Below are positions 24,608-32,854 of a DNA stretch of 35,208 nt, piece by piece. The notes below the pieces were generated by a model. It did no database searches, was not told the DNA's origin, and saw only the letters and a list, made by a program, of their open reading frames with translations. Origin of the DNA: Candidatus Rokuibacteriota bacterium (GTDB lineage Bacteria > Methylomirabilota > Methylomirabilia > Rokubacteriales > DASRDR01); the NCBI GenBank assembly GCA_044866005.1, contig JBIOTN010000073.1, forward strand, positions 1-35,208, written 5' to 3'. The position numbers and the translations under genes were made by a program. Positions within the stretch are counted from its first letter, which is position 1; each line of letters starts with the position of its first letter.

Positions 24608-26068
24608 TCACGTCCGCGCCTTGAGGAGATCGGCGAGCCGTATCGCGAGCGCCGCGATGGTCGCGGTGGGGTTGGCGTAGCCACTGGTCGGGAAGACGGA
24701 GCTGCCGGCGACGAAGAGGTTGCCGATGCCGTGCACCCGGCAGTCCGCGTCGACCACCGAGCTCTTCGGATCCGATCCCATGCGCGTCGTCCCCATGTGG
24801 TGGGACGCGTCCTGGTCGATCGGCCACTCCGCGCGGCCCTCCTCCAGCAAGGGGCTCGAGAGCTCGCCGATGGAAAGCCGCTTCAGCTCCTGCGCCAGCA
24901 CCCGGTGCACCTCGACCATCGTCCGCCTGTCCAGCTCGCCGATGCTCCAGTCCAGTCGGGGTCGGCGATTGCCCAGCGCGTCGCGCTCTCCGGTCAGGTA
25001 CACGCGGTTCTCCGGGCGCGGCGCCTGCTCCATGTAGTTGCGGACCGCCAGGGCGATCACCCGCCGGGGCCGCGCCAGCAGTCGCGCCGCCAGCTTGCGG
25101 ACGCGGCCCGGCTCGAAGACCGGGTCCAGCAGCACGTAACTGTTGAGGATCCCCAGCTCGGCTTGCCGCTCGTCGGAGAGTCGGATCCCCGCCCGGCCGA
25201 TCCCTTCCGGGCTCTCGAAGCCCCAGTACAGCGGCAGGTGGAGGCGCCCGTACGGCCGGACCCGGCCGGCGACGCCCTTCGGGTGGTCCATGTACCAGCG
25301 TCCGACCTGGTCGTGCCCGTTCCCCAGTCCGCCCTCGGCCTGCCGGTCGGAACAGAGCAACAGGCGCGCGTTTTCGATCCCGCCGCACGCCAGCACGAAC
25401 ACGTTCGCTTCCACCCGGAACCGGTTTCCGGAAAACGTCTTGACATCGACGTGGCGGATCCGGGAGACCGCGTCGTCCGCTTCCAGGTTCACCACGTTGG
25501 CGTTCAGATAGACGGACACGGAGCGGGCGGCGGAGAGCGCCGGCCGGAACCGCTTCCCGAAGTCCCAGTCGGCGCGGCGCAGCCACCGAAAGAGCGTCGT
25601 GTCGATCGCCGCAGTGTGCAGGAGGCCGTGGCTGCTCCGCGCCACGATCGGCTCCACGGTGGCGAGGTCGAAGCTTCCCGGGTCTGGCGCCGCCAGCAGC
25701 GCGGCCGCGCGCGCATAATACGGGTCGAGCCGTGCGCGGGACAGCGGCCAGCCCGAGCACGGCACCCACGGCCGGGGGACGAAGTCGATCGCGTCGTGCG
25801 GCTTCCACCGGCCGGTCCAGACCGTGGTGGTGCCGCCGAACGACCGAATCCGGGATTCGCTCCGGACGGGCAGGCCGTCGGTCGGGAGCTCGCACAGCGA
25901 CCGACCCTGGGGATCGGCCTCCAGCCCGCCGCCTTCCAGCAGGCACGTCGCGCGGTTCGCCGAGAGCAGCTCCAGGGCCAGCGTGAGGCCCGCCGCGCCG
26001 GCGCCGACGACGCAGACGTCGGTCCGCACGACGCTCCCGGGCTCCACGGCCTGCGCGGGGATGAACAC
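24608..26068 (-). CDS. GMC-family FAD-dependent oxidoreductase (486 aa)
   Basis: GTG 26068 shares a base with the upstream TAG. DVCVVGAGAAG, LLEGG, GGTTTVWTG, FVLACGGIENARLLL, VGRWYMDHP, HHMGTTRMG, VVDADCRVHG, GYANPTATI. Confidence 0.92.
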   Translation of the reverse strand: MFIPAQAVEPGSVVRTDVCVVGAGAAGLTLALELLSANRATCLLEGGGLEADPQGRSLCELPTDGLPVRSESRIRSFGGTTTVWTGRWKPHDAIDFVPRPWVPCSGWPLSRARLDPYYARAAALLAAPDPGSFDLATVEPIVARSSHGLLHTAAIDTTLFRWLRRADWDFGKRFRPALSAARSVSVYLNANVVNLEADDAVSRIRHVDVKTFSGNRFRVEANVFVLACGGIENARLLLCSDRQAEGGLGNGHDQVGRWYMDHPKGVAGRVRPYGRLHLPLYWGFESPEGIGRAGIRLSDERQAELGILNSYVLLDPVFEPGRVRKLAARLLARPRRVIALAVRNYMEQAPRPENRVYLTGERDALGNRRPRLDWSIGELDRRTMVEVHRVLAQELKRLSIGELSSPLLEEGRAEWPIDQDASHHMGTTRMGSDPKSSVVDADCRVHGIGNLFVAGSSVFPTSGYANPTATIAALAIRLADLLKART

Positions 26069-26952
26069 TACCCGGTCGCCGGGCCGCCGGCGGCGCCCGC
26101 GCCGGAATCGTCGTACCCCAGCTCCCTCAACCGGGCGCCGATCGTGTCGAGCATGATCGCCTGCTCGCGGGGGGAGAGGGTCTGCCGCCACTCGTGGTTC
26201 CGGTTCTCGAGCCGTCGCGGCGTCCGCGCCCAGTCGTACCGGTCCGGGTCCAGATCGCAGAACCGGAGGGTCTGCCGCAGGGCGCCGTGCACGTCCTCGC
26301 AGAGCGCCTCGTACGTGATCTCGCAGAACTCGCCCGCTCCGAGGCGTCTGGCGGATTCCTCGATGTGCCGGGTGACCACGACCCAGGCCTCCGAGACCGC
26401 GCGCATGCACTCGTCGTCGTTCCGGGGCGGGTTCGGATATCGGCCCTCCCGGAGCCGCACGCCGACCTTCTGCCGACGCGCGCTGGTCACCGCCCGCCCG
26501 TCGCGGCGGACGTGGACGAACACGCAGTCCGGAAACACCGCCTTCACGCGATCCAGCCGCATGGCGTTTTCCGGCGTCTCGCTGAGGAAGCGCCGCTTCC
26601 CGAGCACGTGCGCGTAGAAGCCGAACATGCCACGGATGCGCCGGCGCTCCGCGGCGGTCGGCGCCAGGGACCCGAAGGGCCCGTGCACGTCCTGGCCGGG
26701 GAAGTCGACGGGCTCCGCGTAGAAGCGGGGATACCAGACCGTGTTCCCCTTGCCCCAGTACGCGACGTCCGGGTGGGCGCCCAGCAGCTCGGCCAAGGGG
26801 GTGACCCCCGACCATCGGGTCCCGATCACGAAGATCGGCCGCTCCAGCCGGAAGCGCCGGCCGACCGTCCAGCCCCAGGGCCGCCACGCCAGGCGTGCCG
26901 ACTTCTTCGCCAGCCAGGCCCGGTCCCTCCGCCGCTCCCGATCGCCCGTCAC
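26068..26952 (-). CDS. Sulfotransferase-family protein with a degenerate PAPS-binding loop
   Basis: Collinear paralog of the next two genes (HVRRDGRAV, YEALCEDVHG, LENRN..W), but the 5'-PSB reads GTRWSGVT. Confidence 0.85.
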   Translation of the reverse strand: MTGDRERRRDRAWLAKKSARLAWRPWGWTVGRRFRLERPIFVIGTRWSGVTPLAELLGAHPDVAYWGKGNTVWYPRFYAEPVDFPGQDVHGPFGSLAPTAAERRRIRGMFGFYAHVLGKRRFLSETPENAMRLDRVKAVFPDCVFVHVRRDGRAVTSARRQKVGVRLREGRYPNPPRNDDECMRAVSEAWVVVTRHIEESARRLGAGEFCEITYEALCEDVHGALRQTLRFCDLDPDRYDWARTPRRLENRNHEWRQTLSPREQAIMLDTIGARLRELGYDDSGAGAAGGPATG

Positions 26953-26998
26953 CGGCCGGCCACCCTTCGGACCGCCGTCTGCCCACCGGCCCGCGCCC

Positions 26999-27871
26999 TC
27001 ACGCGGTCGGCGCCTCGTACCCGAGCTCGGCGAGCCGGGCGCCGATCGTCTCGAGCATGATCGCCTGCTCCCGCGGCGACAGCGCCTGCTTCCACTTGTA
27101 GTTCCGGTTCTCGAAGCGCCGGGGGATCGGTGACCAGTCGTATCGCGCCGGGTCGAGCTGGCAGAACGCGAAGAGCTTCCGCAGCTCCCCGTGCACGTCG
27201 TCGCAGAGCGCCTCGTAGGTGAGCGCCAGGAACTCGTCGGGGCGCAGGCGCCCGGCCGAGGTCTCGATCTGCCGGGTGACCTCCACCCAGGTCTCCGCCA
27301 GCGCTCGCATGAAGGTGTCGGCGTCCCGGGGCGGATTCCGGTAGCGTCCTCCCTCGACGTGTCCCTCCACCTTGCCTTTCCACGAGCTCACGACCGCGCG
27401 GCCGTCCCGATAGATGTGGACGACGCGGCAGTCGGGAAACAGGGCCTTCACCCACGGGATCCGCATGGAGTTGTAGGGGCTCTTGTTCAGCAGGCGCCGC
27501 TTCCGCAGCACGCTGACGTAGAAGCCGAACAGTCCGTGGACGCGCCGCCGGTCGGCCTCCGTGACGGCCTCGGGCCCGCGGCGGTACCGGTGCACGTCCC
27601 GCCCGATGAAGTAAGGGAGATCCGAGCGCCCGTTCCAGTGGGACGGATCCCAGACTTCGGGCGCCTCGCTCCAGTGCGCCAGATCCGCGTGGTGGCCGAG
27701 CAGGCGCGCGAGCAGGCTCGTCCCGGACCGGTGCGCGCCGACGATGAACACGGGGCGGTCGAGGGGGCGCCGGTGGCCGACGAGGCGGTACCACGGCTTC
27801 CACGTCCGGAGCAGGATCGCCTTCGCCGGGCGCGACGGGCCGATCGCAGCGGGGGGCCACTTCCTCGGCAT
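26999..27871 (-). CDS. Sulfotransferase
   Basis: RPVFIVGAHRSGTSLL, LNKSPYN, HIYRDGRAVVSS, YEALCDD. Confidence 0.9.
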   Translation of the reverse strand: MPRKWPPAAIGPSRPAKAILLRTWKPWYRLVGHRRPLDRPVFIVGAHRSGTSLLARLLGHHADLAHWSEAPEVWDPSHWNGRSDLPYFIGRDVHRYRRGPEAVTEADRRRVHGLFGFYVSVLRKRRLLNKSPYNSMRIPWVKALFPDCRVVHIYRDGRAVVSSWKGKVEGHVEGGRYRNPPRDADTFMRALAETWVEVTRQIETSAGRLRPDEFLALTYEALCDDVHGELRKLFAFCQLDPARYDWSPIPRRFENRNYKWKQALSPREQAIMLETIGARLAELGYEAPTA

Positions 27872-27925
27872 CGCCGGGATCCGCCGCGGCCTCAGCCGGC
27901 GAGGGCGCCGCCCGCCCTCCAGCCG

Positions 27926-28831
27926 TCAGTCGCTCGCATCCGCGTACCCGAGCTCTCGCAGGCGTGGACGGATCGTCTCCAGCATGACCGCCTGCTCCCG
28001 CGGGGTGAGCATCTCCCGCCACTTGTAGTTCCGGTTCTCCAGCGTCCGGGGCGCCTTCGACCAGTCGTACCGGTCGGGATCGAGGTCGCAGAACGTGAGC
28101 AGCCTTCGCAGGCTGCCGTGCACGTCCTCGCAGAACGCCTCGTAACTCAGGGTGACGACGTCCTCGGGCTTGAGACCCGCGGCGGCGTCCTCCACCTCGC
28201 GGGTCATCAGCACCCAGGTCTCGGCGATGCCCCGGATGACCGTCTCCGGGTCGGCCAGGGGCCACCGGTACCGCCCGCGCCGCACGTGGCGCTGGAGCTG
28301 CTGCTTGCGCGAGCTCACCACCGCGCGGCCATCGCGCCGGACGTGGACGAACACGCAGTCGGGGAAGAGCGCCTTGACCCACGGAAGCCGCATCGAGTTC
28401 GCCGGCGCCTTGTTCAGGAAGCGGCGCTTGCCCTGAACCCGCGTGTAGAAGCCGAACATGCCGTGGATGCGACGCCGATCGGCCTCGGTGAGGGCCTCGG
28501 GTCGAAACCGGTGACTGTACACGTCGCGCCCCATCAGATAGGGCCGCCGGTGGTAGTACGCCGGGTCCCAGACGGCGTTCGCCTCGCTCCACTGCGCGAG
28601 GTCCGGGTGCTGCCCGAGCAGACGAGCCAGGATGGTGGTCCCGGACCGCGGCATCCCGACGATGAAGATCGGACGCGCGAGCCGCGCACGGCGCCCGACC
28701 CACCGGTACCACGGCCTCCAGGCGAGGGCGAACGCCGCCCGCTTCAGTCGACGCAGCGGCTCGACGGGAAACGGCGCCGGCCGGCGTTCCGACACGTGGC
28801 CCGGGCTCACGGTTCGCGCGCTCCGACTCAC
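27926..28831 (-). CDS. Sulfotransferase
   Basis: RPIFIVGMPRSGTTIL, LNKAPAN, HVRRDGRAVVSS, YEAFCED. Start is GTG 28831 (overlapping the upstream stop), or GTG 28810 or 28795. Confidence 0.88.
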   Translation of the reverse strand: MSRSARTVSPGHVSERRPAPFPVEPLRRLKRAAFALAWRPWYRWVGRRARLARPIFIVGMPRSGTTILARLLGQHPDLAQWSEANAVWDPAYYHRRPYLMGRDVYSHRFRPEALTEADRRRIHGMFGFYTRVQGKRRFLNKAPANSMRLPWVKALFPDCVFVHVRRDGRAVVSSRKQQLQRHVRRGRYRWPLADPETVIRGIAETWVLMTREVEDAAAGLKPEDVVTLSYEAFCEDVHGSLRRLLTFCDLDPDRYDWSKAPRTLENRNYKWREMLTPREQAVMLETIRPRLRELGYADASD

Positions 28832-31314
28832 CGCGCCTGCGCCGCTCGCCAGCTCGCCGACCGCATCGGGATGAACGCGATGCCGTACCGCAGCAAGCTC
28901 ACGACGACCCGCGCGCTCGCCATGCCCGTCGCGCCCCACAGGGCCGCCGAGACCGGGTAGGCGATGACGGCCATGGCGGCGTTCAGCAGGCCCATCGCGA
29001 ACCAGGACGCGACCCGGCCGGCGGCGAGGTACAGCGGGCGGATCCAGAAGAGGCCGAGCTGTATCGCGCCACCCACCAGCGCGATCTGTGCCGGCACGAT
29101 GGCGCCGGCAAAGGCGTCCCCGAACAACGCCCGGACCGCGGCCGGGACCACGAAGGGAACGGCCAGGGCGACGATCATGGCGGGGACGCCGACGCCGAGC
29201 GCCAGCCGGAAGACGAACCGTCTCGGCTGGCGATCGTCCCCCGTGCCGTAGAGGGCGGCGAGCCGCGCATACGCCACCGATTGCAGCGGCTCGACCACGA
29301 ACCGCTCGCTCTTGGAGAGCGACTTCGCCAGCCGGTAGTAGCCGGTCTCCGTGGGGCCCTGGAAGTAGCCGAGCGCCAGCACGTCCAGCTGCCGCGTGAG
29401 GACGGCCAGGAGCTCGCTCAGGTCGCTGTAGAAGAGGAACCTCAGCAGCTCCCGCCGCCGCCCGGAGAGCGCCGCCCACGACCCCTGCAGCCAGGAACCC
29501 TGCCACGTCCGCTTGATCAGGCGATGCGCGGGCACGGCGACCAGGACACCCTCCGCGGCCGCCGCCACGGCGTTGCCCCAGATGACCCCGGCCAGGCCGT
29601 ACCCGGCCGAGACCAGGGCGATCACCAGCACCGCCTCGAGGGCGGCGGTGAGCGCGCGGAGCCAGCCCAGCAGGGCAAACCGCCCCAGCGTCGCGAGCAC
29701 CGCGCGGGAGGTCGCGACCAGGGATCGGGGCAGGAACGCGGCGGCGTAGAGGACGACCAGCCCGGCGACGCCCGGGGTGCGGACGACGTGCTCCTCGGCC
29801 CACCCCGCGGTGGCGGCCGCCGCCAGGAACGTCAGCGACGCGATGACGAAGTCCAGGACATAGCCGACCCGGCACACCGCGAGGGCGCGCGCGGCCTCCT
29901 GTCGCGTGCCGAACTCGCCCAGGTACTTGAGGGAGGCCTGTCCCGACCGCGCATCCAGGAGACCGAAGAGGAAGCCCGGATAGGTCATGATGAGGGCCGC
30001 CACCCCGTAGAGCTGCGGCCCCAAAGCGCGCGCCACGATGATCGCCTGGGCCAGCGCCAGGGCGCTGCTCACGACGTTGGCCAGGGTCAGCGCCGCGACG
30101 TTGGCGAGGAAGCCGCGCGAGATCCGTCGCCGCGCCCGGGTCGCGAGCCCGCCGAGGTCGGCCCGCCAGGACCACGCGCCCTGGGTGACGGCCTCCACGA
30201 GCACGGCTTCCGTTTCCGTCCCCATCCGCTCGATGCTGAAGCGCTCGACGGCGGCTTCGCAGCCGAGCCGGGCCAGCTCGCGCCGCCGGTCCGGGTCGGT
30301 CAGGAGCTGTCGGATCGCCCGCTCCAGCGCGCCGGGATCCCCGGGTGGGACCAGGAGACCGATCCCCTTCTCGGCCAGCACCTCGTCGGTGCCGCCCACG
30401 TCGGTCGCGACGACCGGCACCCCCACCCGCATCGCCTCGAGGACGACGTGCGGGAGGCCCTCGTAGCTCGAGTTGAGGACCAGCAGGTCGCACGCGGCCA
30501 GCACCGCGGGGACCTGCCGCTGGTCGAGCCGCCCGAGGAAGCGCACGCGGTGCTCGATCCCGAGGCTCCGGGCCAGCTCGCGCAACCGGCCGCCTTCGGG
30601 GCCGTCGCCGACCACGAGCAGCCCCACGTCGTCCCCGAGCGCCCGGAGCACGGGGAGGAGCCCGTCCAGTCCTTTCCAGGACACGAGCCGCCCGACGGTG
30701 ACCAGCGTGTAGCGGGTCTCCAGCGGCGGCGGCAGGGGGGGGACGGGTTCCGGGGGCGCCGCGGCGTTGTAGATGACCCGCACCTTGCGGGCCCGCACCC
30801 CCCACCGTTCGACGCAGCGGGCGAGATACCGGCTCGGGACGATGACGAGGTCGGCCCGACGCAGGCAGAAGTTCCGGAGGGCCTTGGCGATCTCGAGCCC
30901 GGGACCGTGGACGTTTTCCTGGAAGGCCTCGAAGCTCTCGGTCACGCGGCGCCGGTTCCTGGCGCGCTCCCAGGCCCAGTCGCCCACCACCTTTTGCACG
31001 AGCGGTTTCCGCAGCAGGGCGTTGGCGAGGGCGGCCTCGAGCGGGAGGCCGTTGACGAAGAGCACCTGGGCCCGTCGTCCCAGACGAAGCAAGGTCAGGA
31101 CGGTACGCAGGAGCCGCACGGGCTTGAACCCGCCGCGCGCGACCCGTATGACGGGAAAGGGATAGCGCCCGTCGTCGTGGGCGGCGCCGTCGCTGAGCGT
31201 CACGACGGTGACCCCGTGTCCCCGCTTCGCGAGCTGGCCGGCGATCGCCGGGACATACGTGGCGGGGCCGCCGACGTCCGGGGGAAAGATTCCCGTGACG
31301 ATCAACAGGTCCAC
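28828..31314 (-). CDS. GT4 glycosyltransferase fused to a Wzx/MOP-family flippase (about 828 aa)
   Basis: From GTG 31314: LIVTGIFPPDVGGPATY, VGRLVSWKG, NSSYEGLPHVVLEAM. With no stop, it continues into FLANV...ARALGPQLYG, QLDVLALGYF.GP.ETGYYRLA and about 12 TM helices. Confidence 0.85.
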   Translation of the reverse strand: MDLLIVTGIFPPDVGGPATYVPAIAGQLAKRGHGVTVVTLSDGAAHDDGRYPFPVIRVARGGFKPVRLLRTVLTLLRLGRRAQVLFVNGLPLEAALANALLRKPLVQKVVGDWAWERARNRRRVTESFEAFQENVHGPGLEIAKALRNFCLRRADLVIVPSRYLARCVERWGVRARKVRVIYNAAAPPEPVPPLPPPLETRYTLVTVGRLVSWKGLDGLLPVLRALGDDVGLLVVGDGPEGGRLRELARSLGIEHRVRFLGRLDQRQVPAVLAACDLLVLNSSYEGLPHVVLEAMRVGVPVVATDVGGTDEVLAEKGIGLLVPPGDPGALERAIRQLLTDPDRRRELARLGCEAAVERFSIERMGTETEAVLVEAVTQGAWSWRADLGGLATRARRRISRGFLANVAALTLANVVSSALALAQAIIVARALGPQLYGVAALIMTYPGFLFGLLDARSGQASLKYLGEFGTRQEAARALAVCRVGYVLDFVIASLTFLAAAATAGWAEEHVVRTPGVAGLVVLYAAAFLPRSLVATSRAVLATLGRFALLGWLRALTAALEAVLVIALVSAGYGLAGVIWGNAVAAAAEGVLVAVPAHRLIKRTWQGSWLQGSWAALSGRRRELLRFLFYSDLSELLAVLTRQLDVLALGYFQGPTETGYYRLAKSLSKSERFVVEPLQSVAYARLAALYGTGDDRQPRRFVFRLALGVGVPAMIVALAVPFVVPAAVRALFGDAFAGAIVPAQIALVGGAIQLGLFWIRPLYLAAGRVASWFAMGLLNAAMAVIAYPVSAALWGATGMASARVVVSLLRYGIAFIPMRSASWRAAQAR

Positions 31315-31394
31315 GCGACCGTCCGGCGGGGCGGCCTCCGACGCGGACAGCCCCGGACCGCTCCCGGCGCTCGTCTGTCGGTCCCCGGCCCCGC

Positions 31395-32177
31395 TCAGCC
31401 CCACGGCAGCTTCCGCCCGATCAGCGACTCGAGACCCCGCTTCTGCTCGTAGAGCGTCTCGACCAGGTATTCCCGGATTCCCTCCGGGATGCGCGGAGGG
31501 GCGCCGGGATGCACGGGCGCGGCCACGCTCTCGGCGTCCAGCCGGAGGTCGGGATCCACCCCCAGGAACCGGTACAGCTCCCGCAGCACCCCCACGGCGT
31601 TCGTCGACAGATCTTCGGTGACGCACACGAACAGCTGTCGCCGGTCGTAGAACGTGAGCCAGTTCGTCAGGCAGGTGAAGTAGTCAGAGGCACGCGCGAT
31701 CTGGGGCAGCTCGAAGAAGCGGACCAGCTCGGTCGGGGAGGCCTGGTCCACCGGCTTCCCGTTGATCCGCGGAAAGCTCCGGCTGGCCTGCGACCAGGCT
31801 CGCAGGACGGGATCGCGCATCATGTACAGGATGCGTCCCTCCGGGATCCAGGCGTGGACGAGGGCGATCTGCGCCAGGGGCAGCACCGCGTACGACGGCG
31901 AGATCTCCCCGGTCACCTTCCCCCGCAGCGCGCCGACGGCGAACCGACTCGCGTACCGAAGCCGGGCCTCGAGCTCGGACCCGAGGAACGGGACGCGCCG
32001 CTTGTGGAAGCGGTGGTCGAAGAACTTGAGCTCCTTGGTCCGCGGCGTCCATACGGCGGGATGCCGCCTCAGGTTTTCCCAGAGCCACGTCGTCCCGGCC
32101 CGCCCGGCGCCGATGCCGAGGAACGTCGGCATCGCCGCACCCAGGAGCCGCCGCAGGATCGCGCCGTCACGCGCCAC
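31395..32177 (-). CDS. Sulfotransferase (Sulfotransfer_1 / heparan-sulfate ST-like)
   Basis: PTFLGIGAGRAGTTWL, KELKFFD, GEISPSY, ILYMMRDPVLRAWS, ELYRFLGV. Start is GTG 32177 or ATG 32132. Confidence 0.88.
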   Translation of the reverse strand: MARDGAILRRLLGAAMPTFLGIGAGRAGTTWLWENLRRHPAVWTPRTKELKFFDHRFHKRRVPFLGSELEARLRYASRFAVGALRGKVTGEISPSYAVLPLAQIALVHAWIPEGRILYMMRDPVLRAWSQASRSFPRINGKPVDQASPTELVRFFELPQIARASDYFTCLTNWLTFYDRRQLFVCVTEDLSTNAVGVLRELYRFLGVDPDLRLDAESVAAPVHPGAPPRIPEGIREYLVETLYEQKRGLESLIGRKLPWG

Positions 32178-32796
32178 GCGATCGAGCCCGTCGGCGGGAC
32201 CGCCACACCACCCGCTCGTCCCGCAAGAAGATCAACCGCTCGCGCGGAAGCCCGAGACCGGCGAGCTCCGCGAGGGCGCGCGCCGGCTCCTCGAACGTCG
32301 CGACGATGATGCGATCGTGCGGCTCCTCCGCCAGGTCCCGCGCGGGGCGCACGCGCATGCCGAGAAAGCTCGCGGCCGGCTGTCGGTCGAAGACGCCCAC
32401 CGGCTCGAGCCCGAGCTCCTTGAGCGTGAGGTAGGCGACCTCCGCCGCCTCCCCGGTGCCGTAGAGCGCGATGCGCTTGACCCCGTCCTGCGCCAGCGGC
32501 GTGAGCGTCGTCCGGAGCGTCTCGCGCGCCTGCCCGTAGAGCCGGAGCGAGTAGCGGAGGTAGTCGTACGCGAGGCGAGTCTTTTCCGCGACGCCCCGGG
32601 GCGTGACGAGATACCGGATCCGGTGAGGCGGGATGGTCCGGATCTTGATGTAGCCCTTGCGGGTGAGCCGCTTCAGGTAGAGGTTCGTCAGGCCGAGCGC
32701 GATGCCGAGCCGTCGCGCGAGGGCCCGCTGCGTGAACGGGCGCCCTTCGGCGATCGTCTGGAGGATCTCGAGTTCGCGCCGAGCCCCCGAATCCAC
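32167..32796 (-). CDS. EPS-associated MarR-type winged-helix regulator with a C-terminal Rossmann-like domain
   Basis: ELEILQTI...TQRALARRLGIALGLTNLYLKRL.RKGYIK...YLVTPRGVAEKTRL, then RIALYGTGEAAE...PVGVFD. GTG 32796 is preferred because TTG 32805 directly abuts the -10 box. Confidence 0.88.
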   Translation of the reverse strand: MDSGARRELEILQTIAEGRPFTQRALARRLGIALGLTNLYLKRLTRKGYIKIRTIPPHRIRYLVTPRGVAEKTRLAYDYLRYSLRLYGQARETLRTTLTPLAQDGVKRIALYGTGEAAEVAYLTLKELGLEPVGVFDRQPAASFLGMRVRPARDLAEEPHDRIIVATFEEPARALAELAGLGLPRERLIFLRDERVVWRSRRRARSRGA

Positions 32797-32799
32797 GGC

Positions 32800-32834
32800 G
32801 TTCAAAGATTGAACAACTCGTCCGGGGCTGTCAA
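32800..32834 (-). promoter_or_regulatory. Sigma70 promoter plus palindromic operator upstream of the regulator
   Basis: TTGACA (32834-32829), 17 nt, CAATCT (32811-32806). Perfect inverted repeat GTTCAA-N3-TTGAAC at 32800-32814. Confidence 0.75.
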
Positions 32835-32854
32835 GAGAAAAGGCCGCCCGGGGC

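Noticed and set aside
17669..30805. Apparent large fusion ORFs 17669-19849, 20105-22201, 24608-26986 and 27926-30805
   Set aside because: In each case the N-terminal part overlaps a real upstream gene in another frame. The true starts overlap the upstream stop codons.
31321..31373. Possible further degenerate copy of the REP-like repeat
   Set aside because: Only short GC-rich words match (CCTCCGA, CCGGCGCTCG), and the hairpins are not preserved.
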